DNA of 64,000 nt from a virus. Location of the stretch: IMG/VR virus record IMGVR_UViG_3300020731_000774, positions 1 through 64,000 of that record, one strand, 5' to 3'. Positions 30,063-39,708 of this stretch are shown here, in pieces. Under the pieces are notes generated by a model, which was not told the DNA's origin, did no database searches, and saw only the letters and a list, made by a program, of their open reading frames with translations. Each line of letters opens with the position of its first letter. The stretch's first letter is position 1. The position numbers were made by a program, and so were the translations under genes.

Positions 30063-31538
30063 TCATTTTTTAGAAACCTTTCCAAATCCACCAAATATAT
30101 CCTGTATAACTGATAATCTTTCTGTAATTTCTGGCATACCCAATGGTTCAATAATTGTATTGATTGGTGATAAAATAGATTTAGCAAATTGTATATCATA
30201 ATCTATTTCAGGTGCTACCTCAATAGGTAATGATCCCCTAATATAGGCAAATATATCACCATTTTTCTTATTCTTACAATAATAATACTTAATCTTTGTC
30301 CCAGACTTAATAAATTCATATCGTGTTTGTAACTCCTTATTCTGTTTCAATAAATAATTATGATATGCACTTGCTTTAACTGCAAAGTGAGCACCATTAA
30401 CAAACTTTAATGGCAATGAATTATCATCAATTACCTTAGTATCATAATTAGAACAAGATGATTGCATTGAAATATCATCAATATCAGCTAACTCAAATTC
30501 CTTTCTAAGATTCTTAACCAATTTTAATAAGTCCTTTATGTTAAAGGTATCAGAATTCTCAAATAAATATTTAACAATTGTGATAATCTTTTCCCTTGCA
30601 AATAAAGGTGTGGAAGATCTTACCAATTCAACTCCCTTTGGAAATAAATATGTTAACCTATCGTAATTTATACCATCCTCAAATGAAACATGTTGAATAT
30701 ATTTCTTTTTTGCCAAACTGATAACCGATTCTGATATACGTTCTAACTCAAAATCTTGTCTGTTCTCAACACCATATAAATCACCATAATCTACTAAACA
30801 CTTTTTAAAATATCCACCATATCTGAAATGGTCTATACCTTGGATATAATCCAATTCTTTACACCAATTCCATTTAGGTTTAACCGTTAATGCACCATTA
30901 TTTATTAAATCATTTAAACCATAATCCTTAACAAATACACCATCAATTAAAACCAAATCATATTCTAATGTTAATAACTTCTCAAATTCATCAACAGTTT
31001 TAGAAATACCTAAACAATTTGGATTATTAAAACTTGGAAGTTCATTTGATAAAATGATAAATTTCTTACCAATGGAATTTAACATATTCGTGTTGAATAT
31101 TAAATTCTTCCATTCTGAATGTCGAATTGCTGGTTCAAATGACACAAAAAGAGAATCTGTGTCCGCGTAAATACTTACATTTTCATCCTCATTAATTTTA
31201 CTAACATTTTTTATACATAAATTCTTATGTAATTCAACATCTAGATGCCATTGATTGTGCCAATAATCTTTATTAACCTTATCCATTGTTTGTGTAAGCT
31301 GCCTACCTTGTGCAGTTATACTTCCAGCAACCGCATTATTATATAATACGAAGTAGGAAGCTGCCATCGCTCCGTAAGAACCGTTCAATACTAATTTTAG
31401 TCTTTTACCCCCAATACATTGTATTGGGGGCTACAAAAGAGCGAGCTGAAGGGCATTGTAATAGTCTGCCTCCTTCTTTAGCTCGCTCGCTTGTTTTTTT
31501 AAAGACTCGATCTTTAATTTTTTTTCTTCTCTAGTCAT
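30063..31538 (-). CDS. Family B DNA polymerase, C-terminal subunit (gp43B-like), with an in-frame 39-nt stop-containing insertion in motif B
   Basis: ATG at 31538 gives MTREE...YYNALQLAL[L*PPIQCIGGKRL]KLVLNGSYG; downstream ITAQGR, YADTDS, KKKY, KGVELVRSSTP. Confidence 0.9.
31401..31493 (-). other. Tandem RNA hairpins around the internal TAG of polB (candidate recoding/bypass element)
   Basis: GAGCGAGCT...AGCTCGCTC stem upstream; TCTTTT-GTAG-CCCCCAATAC-AAT-GTATTGGGGG-T-AAAAGA downstream. Confidence 0.8.
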
Positions 31539-31543
31539 ATATA

Positions 31544-31570
31544 TTATATCAGAAATAATCAAATTAGTTT
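31544..31570 (-). promoter_or_regulatory. Putative middle-type promoter AAACWW-N16-TATAA upstream of polB
   Basis: Same bipartite motif with a 16-nt spacer before slyD, uvsW, 51791 and 52277. Confidence 0.55.
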
Positions 31571-31619
31571 TAAAGGGGGAGTATATTATTTTATATATAA
31601 TTAAAATAGTATAAACGAT

Positions 31620-32738
31620 ATGATTAAAGAATATAAGATTTTAATGAAGATAAATTATAGAAATGTATCACATTTTAGAAATTTAGGATATGAAATAGAA
31701 AATGGTGTTAAGGAAATGTATATTTCAGTTTGTGATTTGTTCCAGGGCTCAAATGTTAAGGTAACTGCGGTATGTGAAATATGTAGTTCTGAAAATATAA
31801 TAAATTATAGTAAGTATTTAGTTAATTTTAATAGGAATGGTAAAAACTATTATTCTTGTTTTAAATGTAAAAATATTGAGAAAGAGAAAACATGTATGGA
31901 AAAATATGGTGTTAAATCATATTCAATGACAGATGAATTTAGAGAAACAGAAAGTTTAAAATGGAAAGGCATTAAGAAAGGTGGTGATAAGGGTGAGAAA
32001 ACTATGTTAGAGAGATATGGTGTAAGATCTTATTTTGAAACGCAGGAAAGTAAGGACTATAATAGAAAGTGGATGTCATCTGATGAGTTTAGAAATAAAA
32101 GTAAGGATACATTGATAGAGAAATATGGAGTAGATTCATATTCAAAAACTGATGAATTTAAAAATAGAATGGCCGAACAAAATGAAGTTTCAAAGGAAAA
32201 GTCAAAATCTACATTTTTGGAGAGATATGGTGTTGAGTGGTATACTCAATGTGAGGAATATAGGAATACTTGTATTGAAAAGAAAGATGAGACTATCTTA
32301 AAAAATAAGGAAACATGTATGGAAAGATATGGAGTTGATAATGTTAGTAAAGTTCCTGAAGTACAACAATCTATGAAAAATACTAAAATAGAAAGAGGAT
32401 CTATACTACCTGATCATTTATTAAGTGAGTGGGAAATATATAAAAAGAATGTTAGACGAATAACTAATAAATTTGAAAAAGAATTATATGAAAACTGGGA
32501 TGGAATTGATCATTATGATGGTGAGAATATAAAGGGATATTTTTCACATACTCATACACATCGTTTCTATCCGACAATAGATCATAAAAATTCAGTTTAT
32601 TATGGATTTTTAAATAACATTGATCCAAGTGAAATTGGTTCTATTGAAAATTTATGTATAACTAAAAGATATATAAATTCTACCAAATCCAGGATGATAG
32701 AGAAAGAATTCTTAGAAAAGTTAAAAAACCAATCCTAA
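31620..32738 (+). CDS. Free-standing HNH homing endonuclease with a zinc finger and T(C/M)xE(R/K)YGV repeats
   Basis: CEIC/CFKC; five E(K/R)YGV repeats; C-terminal TIDHK.S...GF...IG...NL.I.....N..K. Confidence 0.75.
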   Translation: MIKEYKILMKINYRNVSHFRNLGYEIENGVKEMYISVCDLFQGSNVKVTAVCEICSSENIINYSKYLVNFNRNGKNYYSCFKCKNIEKEKTCMEKYGVKSYSMTDEFRETESLKWKGIKKGGDKGEKTMLERYGVRSYFETQESKDYNRKWMSSDEFRNKSKDTLIEKYGVDSYSKTDEFKNRMAEQNEVSKEKSKSTFLERYGVEWYTQCEEYRNTCIEKKDETILKNKETCMERYGVDNVSKVPEVQQSMKNTKIERGSILPDHLLSEWEIYKKNVRRITNKFEKELYENWDGIDHYDGENIKGYFSHTHTHRFYPTIDHKNSVYYGFLNNIDPSEIGSIENLCITKRYINSTKSRMIEKEFLEKLKNQS

Positions 32739-32744
32739 TTCTGA

Positions 32745-33116
32745 TCATAAAACCACATTAGTATCACTATCCAACCCATTTTCATTGGTAAATTGGTTTT
32801 CATCCACATTTTCATTTATAATTAGTTTATCGTCTTTTATAATTTTACTAGGTCTTTTATAGTCTTTCATAACCTTAACTGGTTTTTCAATTATTATAAT
32901 TTTTCTTCTATTTAATGAATTTATTATGGAATCTTTTTCTAGTATTTCGTATTGTAGTATTTCGTTATCTGTGATTAGTTCGTTATTGTCTTTATTCATA
33001 TTATTCATAACATATAATAGTGATATTATCACTAGAATAAGCACATATGGAAATCTTGAATTTCTCACATTATTTCTATAATATGTTCGTCTATTATTCA
33101 TATTCACTTTCATCAA
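32745..33116 (-). CDS. Single-TM coiled-coil protein
   Basis: One hydrophobic helix followed by a coiled-coil-like segment. Confidence 0.45.
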   Translation of the reverse strand: MMKVNMNNRRTYYRNNVRNSRFPYVLILVIISLLYVMNNMNKDNNELITDNEILQYEILEKDSIINSLNRRKIIIIEKPVKVMKDYKRPSKIIKDDKLIINENVDENQFTNENGLDSDTNVVL

Positions 33117-33915
33117 AGCTTTGTTCGTAGGATAGCATTAGATTTGTGGTATTATCTTTAATTAGCATAAAATTTTCAAATATACTAAAATCTATATCTT
33201 TGCTATCATCTATACATTTTAGGAATCTTTTATTTAATATCATTGTTGAATTTCGGTCATCCATTGTATCAAATATATCTAATTCCCAAGCACCAGTTTC
33301 TGATATAACTACTTTTCCGTTATTTACATTTATATTGAGTAATTTATCACCATTTATAGATGATAATTTTTTAATATCATTAAAATCTTGTTTATATATG
33401 GTAAAATTCCATTTACGATGTCTTAGGTTAAGTCTATCATTTAATATATCTTTTGTGATATCTCTAATTTCATAGTGTTCACCGGCAACCCAATTAATTT
33501 TAAGTTTACCACCTGTTATTTGTATTGTTCTAGCAACCATTACATTATCATCATCTTGGGATGATTTATGTGTTAAGTTTATAACTACATTATCTGATTC
33601 TTTTAAGAAGTTTAAGTTTTTAACAAATTTTTTAGCATTTAATATAACTACATCGATTGAGTATTCAAGTTCATCAATAATGAAATAGTCATTTGTATCA
33701 ATTAGATAATTTTTAAATGCTAAAAGCACTGCCCCACCCAATGTTGAGTACATCATAACATTATCGTTATCAATTTTGAGTTTAATAGTATCTGATATAT
33801 CAGTTAGGTCTGCTAACTTTGATATAAAATCAGGGAACATATCAGATTTTACTTTTATTTTTGTTTTATTGCTCATATAATTTAATCTTATAAATAATAT
33901 ATTCAAAAAAGACAT
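33094..33915 (-). CDS. Putative sliding clamp (gp45/PCNA-like)
   Basis: ~260 aa from the likely start MSNKTK; repeated helix-plus-strands pattern; close to polB. Confidence 0.5.
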   Translation of the reverse strand: MSFLNILFIRLNYMSNKTKIKVKSDMFPDFISKLADLTDISDTIKLKIDNDNVMMYSTLGGAVLLAFKNYLIDTNDYFIIDELEYSIDVVILNAKKFVKNLNFLKESDNVVINLTHKSSQDDDNVMVARTIQITGGKLKINWVAGEHYEIRDITKDILNDRLNLRHRKWNFTIYKQDFNDIKKLSSINGDKLLNINVNNGKVVISETGAWELDIFDTMDDRNSTMILNKRFLKCIDDSKDIDFSIFENFMLIKDNTTNLMLSYEQSFDESEYE

Positions 33916-33945
33916 TTTTGTTTATTTTATTTTAATATATAATCT

Positions 33946-34581
33946 ATGATAAAAAAATGGAATAGATATATTTTAGAATTTGTTGATAATTCAAATAGTA
34001 TGATAGATGCAAAAATGCAGGAAATTAGTGATTTGGTTAATAGTATTTCACAAAGTCAGGCACAAGCACAGGATCAATCAATATCATCAAATTTGATTTA
34101 TGAGTGGGAGAATAAAAATGATCATGATTTGATTGTTAATTTCACAAAAGATGATTTAGCTATTAAATATGAGTTTAGTATTGATGATCTTTATATAACA
34201 AAATATGCGGGTGATAGTATAGATTTTGAAAAATCTGTTAAATCGGTTGATGAGGGCTTGGATATTATTGAAAAGGATATTCAATTTATTTTGGGTATAT
34301 CAGAAAAAAAAATAAATAATGTTATGAAATTTAAATATTTAAAAGAGTATAAGAACTTTAACAGACATCCTGAGAATAGTTATGATTTGGATCCTAATGA
34401 TAAGGAGAGAATAAGTCGTAAAGAGATGGAAAAGAGGTTAATTGATGTTTCATCATTTGATGAGAGCGATTTAAAAGCAATGAGTGATAGTGAGGTTAAA
34501 AAACTATATCATGCTATGGAAGTTGATGCAACAGCTGACAAAGAGGAGGATAAAGAGATAGATAAAGATATTAGAGATTAA
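33946..34581 (+). CDS. Putative capsid-internal protein
   Basis: MIKKWNRYILE; internal MKFKYLKEYKNF. Confidence 0.5.
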   Translation: MIKKWNRYILEFVDNSNSMIDAKMQEISDLVNSISQSQAQAQDQSISSNLIYEWENKNDHDLIVNFTKDDLAIKYEFSIDDLYITKYAGDSIDFEKSVKSVDEGLDIIEKDIQFILGISEKKINNVMKFKYLKEYKNFNRHPENSYDLDPNDKERISRKEMEKRLIDVSSFDESDLKAMSDSEVKKLYHAMEVDATADKEEDKEIDKDIRD

Positions 34582-35327
34582 TGAGAAAATTTACTAAAAT
34601 AATAGAATCACTAGAAAGTGAGATTTATACTGATATTAAAAATATATTTATTAATTTGATTGATAATGGATTTGAATTAAAAATTGATCATGCAAAACCT
34701 TTCTATTCTATACATCTTACTCGTTATGGTTCTAAAGATGATAATATGGATTATATGGAATGTATTAATGATATTTACATTGCTAATAAAAGATTATTTG
34801 ATCTTGGTTTAGATTATTTTAAAGCTGATGAAATGATAATAGGTAAGAAAACTAATGATGGAACATATTCTGATATTTTTTTGAGATATAATGATAGTAC
34901 TTCTGTACCATCAAAGGATGTTCATGGTTGGAAAGAATTTAAATCATATGTTGAGAATGTTCTAGGTGTTAGTGGAATTGAAGGTAAGTTAAATGATGCA
35001 AGTTATTTTAGAATAGATGTTGCTAATGAAAATGGTTGGAAAACACCAGAATATTTTGGTTGGCAAATAGATATAGATCGTTCTGTTGATAATGCTGTGG
35101 ATGTGTTTGTTGCTGAATATCCAGGTTATGAAGATTTTCTTAGAGGTATTCTTAAAAGAAGACTTGATTATGATGCTCTTTGGTCTAAACCAAGAAGAAA
35201 AGAGTATATAGGCAATGATGAAATAGGTAATCCACTTAAATTTGATAAGGAAGGTATTGAAGTAGTTGAGAAGCTTTTGGAAATGGCTAAAAAGTTTCCA
35301 AATAAGATTAAAGTTAACAAATTATAA
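34581..35327 (+). CDS. Putative capsid-internal protein
   Basis: MRKFTKIIES...IKNIFINLIDNGF. Confidence 0.55.
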   Translation: MRKFTKIIESLESEIYTDIKNIFINLIDNGFELKIDHAKPFYSIHLTRYGSKDDNMDYMECINDIYIANKRLFDLGLDYFKADEMIIGKKTNDGTYSDIFLRYNDSTSVPSKDVHGWKEFKSYVENVLGVSGIEGKLNDASYFRIDVANENGWKTPEYFGWQIDIDRSVDNAVDVFVAEYPGYEDFLRGILKRRLDYDALWSKPRRKEYIGNDEIGNPLKFDKEGIEVVEKLLEMAKKFPNKIKVNKL

Positions 35328-35725
35328 TGAGAAAATTTAGTAGAATAGTAGAATCAAATGATCCAAATATAGAAGAGATAAAATGGATTTTTATTGATTT
35401 AATTGATAATGGATTTAAGATTGAGATTAAACCATATTGGGAAGACGGTATGTTTTATTTATATAATAAAGAAAATCAACATTATGCTGATAAAAATAAA
35501 AATGGTTATTTAATAGTAGGTCACGCTGAGAAATTGACAGAAGCCAATCCATTTAAAGCTCTTAGAGATTTTCTAAGCATAGAAAAGAGAATGTTAGATT
35601 TAGGTTATGAATTAGATGATGATGGTAAAAGTGCTGATAATTCTCTAATAGAAATTGGTGGTAGATGGGTTAATAACTATCAATTTCGTTTCCCATTTAA
35701 AGAAATAAAAAACGACACCAAATAG
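35327..35725 (+). CDS. Paralog of 34581..35327
   Basis: MRKFSRIVES...IKWIFIDLIDNGF...KR..DLG. Confidence 0.55.
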   Translation: MRKFSRIVESNDPNIEEIKWIFIDLIDNGFKIEIKPYWEDGMFYLYNKENQHYADKNKNGYLIVGHAEKLTEANPFKALRDFLSIEKRMLDLGYELDDDGKSADNSLIEIGGRWVNNYQFRFPFKEIKNDTK

Positions 35726-35738
35726 TGTCGTTTTTTTT
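35707..35738. terminator. Bidirectional intrinsic terminator
   Basis: AAAAAACGACAC-caaata-GTGTCGTTTTTT. Confidence 0.8.
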
Positions 35739-36798
35739 ATTTTAATAATCTATCAAAGTATTCTTTAAATAGATCATGATTTACTGCAACTGATATTCTA
35801 CTACAATTATCATGTATTCTCATTTTTAATAATGAGAAATTATTAATTGGTACACTTGAAATTTTATACTCTAATAATTTCTCATAACCAATACTAATTA
35901 CTGCAAATGGTCCAATTGGTATGCTTGTATATTCATTGAACAATAGCCCATTATCAGTTAGATATTTAATATTTTTAGTTATGTGTTCTACTGTTATATT
36001 TCTATAATTTGATATTACTTTTTTTTCTTTTAACAATTCAGATATTATTATTTGGGGTAAAGTTGATATTGAATTATATTTATAAAGAGATCTTATTTTT
36101 AAAGTTTGATATAATCCGTTATTTTTAGTTGAAATAAATCCGATTCTATATCCTGATAAACCTATTGATTTTGAAAAAGATGATACTAGAATTACATTAT
36201 CATATAGAAGTTCAGATATTTCATTACTATTAAATAAATGATAGTATGGTAAGTCTAATATAACAGTAATATTATTATCCTTTGTATAATCTATAAAAGT
36301 TTTTAATGTTTTAAAATCAGGACAATATCCGGTTGGATTAGATGGGTAGCACAACATAACAACACCACTTCTAGGTCTGAAATTATCTAGTGAGAAGTCA
36401 TCAAATGTTTTTATATCCTTATCATGAGTTTTTAATATTTTATTCCAAGAGCCCCAGTGGAAATTTGGAATCCAAAATATATTATTATCAAGTGAGTTTA
36501 TAATTAGATCTAATGCAGCCATTCCACCAGGTGTTATAATTATATTATCTTTTATATCAAAGTCCTCTCTAATGGCTTCTATTAGTTTGGGATGACCATC
36601 ATTCCCACTATATTGTTGAGTAGTCAAGCTATTGAGGTCTAAATTAATATTAACTGAATTAATATCAATATTTGTAACATCCATAATACCTCTATGTAAT
36701 TTAAGATATTTTAGACCTGTTTCATTTTCTAATTTTTGTATTTCTTCACCTATTTTAACGATAGATGAATAGGTTACTGTTGCTTTATTTATTCTCAT
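35737..36798 (-). CDS. PLP-dependent class I/II aminotransferase
   Basis: TPGG, P.NPTG, D.PY, SFSKS.GLSGYRIG, RIS. Confidence 0.85.
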   Translation of the reverse strand: MRINKATVTYSSIVKIGEEIQKLENETGLKYLKLHRGIMDVTNIDINSVNINLDLNSLTTQQYSGNDGHPKLIEAIREDFDIKDNIIITPGGMAALDLIINSLDNNIFWIPNFHWGSWNKILKTHDKDIKTFDDFSLDNFRPRSGVVMLCYPSNPTGYCPDFKTLKTFIDYTKDNNITVILDLPYYHLFNSNEISELLYDNVILVSSFSKSIGLSGYRIGFISTKNNGLYQTLKIRSLYKYNSISTLPQIIISELLKEKKVISNYRNITVEHITKNIKYLTDNGLLFNEYTSIPIGPFAVISIGYEKLLEYKISSVPINNFSLLKMRIHDNCSRISVAVNHDLFKEYFDRLLK

Positions 36799-37166
36799 AA
36801 CATATTAGGTATATTTTCATGTATAAATTTTTGTATTTCTTTTAATTTGGATTGTGTTGTGTTTACATCCAATTGTATTCTCCACTTTTTAGTATCTTCA
36901 ATAATTTCATCATTTATTTCTTCAACAATTAATTCAATTTCTTGCTCATTTATAGGTTCAAATAATGGTTCACCTGGTAAACCATCTTTTCCTATACCTT
37001 TTGCTGTAAGCATGTTATCATAACGAAGATACATTTCCGAGCCATTAAGTCCTTTCATTAAATATCTACCATCCTCTGTTGGTGTGAATACTTGACCAGC
37101 ATCATATATTTTAACTTTATCAAAAAAGTCTTCAACATACCAATCTTCTTTTAATCTAAATTTCAT
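36795..37166 (-). CDS. Hypothetical protein
   Basis: ORF within the minus-strand operon. Confidence 0.55.
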   Translation of the reverse strand: MKFRLKEDWYVEDFFDKVKIYDAGQVFTPTEDGRYLMKGLNGSEMYLRYDNMLTAKGIGKDGLPGEPLFEPINEQEIELIVEEINDEIIEDTKKWRIQLDVNTTQSKLKEIQKFIHENIPNML

Positions 37167-37168
37167 AT

Positions 37169-37663
37169 TTATCTTCCTAAATAATTTAATAATTCTATCA
37201 TATTTTTAATAGTAAACCCAAATGCTTCTAGATTTTTAACAGTATCTCTTAAAAAGGTTATGTAGCTTTCTATTAGTTCAATACAACGATCGTTCTCAGC
37301 TAAATGTGCATCTATTAGTATAGCTTTTTCGCCTGTATTTGTTTTAACTTGAAACCCGATTGCATAAAAAACAAATTTATCTTGTCTTATTTTTTTAATC
37401 TTGGTGGATTCTTTACTTCTTTTATTTAAAAAGAAATTTATATTTTCATTTATCATTTGTCTGTATGATAGTGCTAATGATTGTGCTTCTAATATTTTTT
37501 TCCCGTTAGAAGGATTAGAAAGATCCACTGTTAATACTTTGAACAAAGGTTCAACATTATTATTCCATTCGGTTCTTTTATCATTAAAAAATTCTTCTAA
37601 TTTATCATTAGTTTCTTTTATTTTACTAATTCTATCCAGTTCTTCTTGATTATAAAGGTTCAT
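37169..37663 (-). CDS. uvsY: Recombination mediator, UvsY-like
   Basis: Helical protein with C-terminal FL..TVK.L...GFTIKN.IE, resembling T4 UvsY RGFAIKHI. Confidence 0.65.
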   Translation of the reverse strand: MNLYNQEELDRISKIKETNDKLEEFFNDKRTEWNNNVEPLFKVLTVDLSNPSNGKKILEAQSLALSYRQMINENINFFLNKRSKESTKIKKIRQDKFVFYAIGFQVKTNTGEKAILIDAHLAENDRCIELIESYITFLRDTVKNLEAFGFTIKNMIELLNYLGR

Positions 37664-38060
37664 TTTTATCTAATATTTTTATCATTTTCCAATCTCTGAT
37701 GAAATCTTTTTTATATGCATCTGAAAAAGCAGTATTGATTAAGTTGTCAAATATTTCACTTTTTTTTGTTTCCAAATAATTTTCTATTTTTTCTGACCAA
37801 GTATCAATTAATGTATCATCTTTAAATGTCACTTCATCATCTTTACTATTACCATAACTTATTTCAATGAATTTAAATTCGCTACTAATGTAGATACTTA
37901 ATCTATGGAAGTATTTATTTAACCCTTTATCATCTTTTTGATCAGGAGTAAAGTATATATAGTAATTTGTATAATTACCACTTACTTCTGCTTTAAGTTC
38001 AACTCTATCATCTTCCCTACGTTCAAAGAGAAATTCTAATAGTTCTTCAAGTTTTTCCAT
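37650..38060 (-). CDS. Hypothetical protein with RDxK motif
   Basis: FIRDWKMIKIL at the C-terminus. Confidence 0.55.
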   Translation of the reverse strand: MEKLEELLEFLFERREDDRVELKAEVSGNYTNYYIYFTPDQKDDKGLNKYFHRLSIYISSEFKFIEISYGNSKDDEVTFKDDTLIDTWSEKIENYLETKKSEIFDNLINTAFSDAYKKDFIRDWKMIKILDKNEPL

Positions 38061-38166
38061 ATTAATTTTATATATAGTTATATTGAAAGTTTATTTTTTA
38101 TAAATTAATTAGGATATTTCAAATTAATATTATATATTTGTTAAACAATCATTAAATATTTACACC

Positions 38167-38568
38167 ATGAAGATCTTCAAAATTAAAACTGATTTAACTA
38201 AAGAAAGAGATGAGATATTAACATCAAATTTCACTAAAGATGAGGAAGATAGAATATTTAACTTTTTTGAAAATGGTAATAGATCGTATGATATGTTTGA
38301 TGAAAATGGTCATATGTTTGTTTATTATTTATGTAATCAAGAAGCTTTAGAATATATAAAATATTTATTTTATAAATATGAAGTTAAATTTGATATAGAT
38401 GATATAACTAATGATTTCTTAATTGGTAAAATTGATATTAGTGATAGCCATTTTCAAAATTATTTAATAGAAAATTTAAATGTTGATACAATCCTAGATA
38501 AGATTAATGAATTTGGATTTGAATCATTAACAAATGTTGATAAAAAAATATTAAGTATTAATAAATGA
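38167..38568 (+). CDS. Protein with C-terminal DUF6576-like motif
   Basis: VDTILDKINEFGFESLTNVDKKIL; TATATTTG upstream. Confidence 0.6.
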   Translation: MKIFKIKTDLTKERDEILTSNFTKDEEDRIFNFFENGNRSYDMFDENGHMFVYYLCNQEALEYIKYLFYKYEVKFDIDDITNDFLIGKIDISDSHFQNYLIENLNVDTILDKINEFGFESLTNVDKKILSINK

Positions 38569-38617
38569 AAAAAAGAGATAAAAATTATCTATTTTTTTCA
38601 TTTAAATGTTATTTGTT

Positions 38618-39022
38618 TTAATTTGAATCATTGACACCACTCTTTCCTTTAACCAAAGTATTATCAATCCATTTTTCACCTTCTTTTACAACTGATTTAC
38701 ATCTATCAAAGTGCACTTTAGCGAATTCATCTTCTTTAACTGTTTTGTAATCAGCATTTTTATATAAATAAGCATAAACAGTTGGTGCTTGTTTACCTGC
38801 ATAGTTTATTGCATTTTGTCCATCAAATCCAAAGCTTGAACCATATTGTTCAAATCGTTTCTTTAAAGATTCTTTAGAAAGTTTACCATCTTGTAATGAT
38901 TTCCAATTCGTATTGATATCCTTAGACCACTCACCATCTTTAGGACCAAACCAACCTTCTTCTATTATTTCATCTTTATAATTAAATGCATCAAAGGTTT
39001 TTAAGTATTTAAAATTTTGCAT
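38618..39022 (-). CDS. Putative capsid-internal protein (paralog of 39709)
   Basis: KYLKTFDAF; LKKRFEQYGSSFG...APTVYAYL. Confidence 0.55.
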   Translation of the reverse strand: MQNFKYLKTFDAFNYKDEIIEEGWFGPKDGEWSKDINTNWKSLQDGKLSKESLKKRFEQYGSSFGFDGQNAINYAGKQAPTVYAYLYKNADYKTVKEDEFAKVHFDRCKSVVKEGEKWIDNTLVKGKSGVNDSN

Positions 39023-39070
39023 AATTTTTTTTATTTTTATTATTTATATATTAACTTATAAATATCATTT

Positions 39071-39598
39071 TTATATGTTTTCTTGTGGATTATCACCTTT
39101 AAAGTCTTTAAAAGATTTTACTTCTGGTTCTTCTGAATTAGTAAAATCATCACTTTGTGTACCTGCTAAAAAATCGAAAACTTGTTCTAAGTTCTCACTT
39201 GCTACTGATATATGATTAGAAGCCCAATCATGATCTTTAAGTAAATCATCTACATTATTTTCATCCATTTCCAACATTTCATCAACTAATCTTTTAATTG
39301 TTTTTAAATTACTAAAAAACATATAATTTTCAGTTTCCATACCTTCATTAGTAGCACCTTCACCTTTTTTCCAACCACCTTTTGCTCTTATAGCAAATAT
39401 GATTTCACTCATTTTTTCTTTATTCTTTTTAGGAACATCTTTACCATCTTCTTGGTATTTATCATTTTCTTTTTTAAGATCTGATTTCATTTTTTTAAGT
39501 TCTGCTATAGTTTTATCAGCATATTCTCCTGTTTTTTGAACCTCAACTTCTTTACCTTTCCATTTCTCGTTAAGGGTATTGAATTTTTTTATTATCAT
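39071..39598 (-). CDS. Putative capsid-internal protein
   Basis: MIIKKFNTLNE; NYMFFSNL...HDWA..H; C-terminal VKSFKDF. Confidence 0.55.
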   Translation of the reverse strand: MIIKKFNTLNEKWKGKEVEVQKTGEYADKTIAELKKMKSDLKKENDKYQEDGKDVPKKNKEKMSEIIFAIRAKGGWKKGEGATNEGMETENYMFFSNLKTIKRLVDEMLEMDENNVDDLLKDHDWASNHISVASENLEQVFDFLAGTQSDDFTNSEEPEVKSFKDFKGDNPQENI

Positions 39599-39708
39599 AG
39601 TAATTTATTTTATTTTTATTATATATTAATTTTTATTTTGAAGAAAAAGTTGAAAAAAGTAAGATTTTTAATTAAATATATAGATTATAAAAAAATATTA
39701 AAATTAAT

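Noticed and set aside
31431-31433. Genome-wide TAG reassignment as the explanation for the polB stop
   Set aside because: TAG ends several normal genes (27051, 43175, 47638) and code 11 gives dense coding. Readthrough would also leave 13 extra residues inside motif B.
31401-31440. Group I intron or intein in polB
   Set aside because: Only 39 nt long. No U-G splice pair or terminal G restores the frame, and there are no intein motifs.
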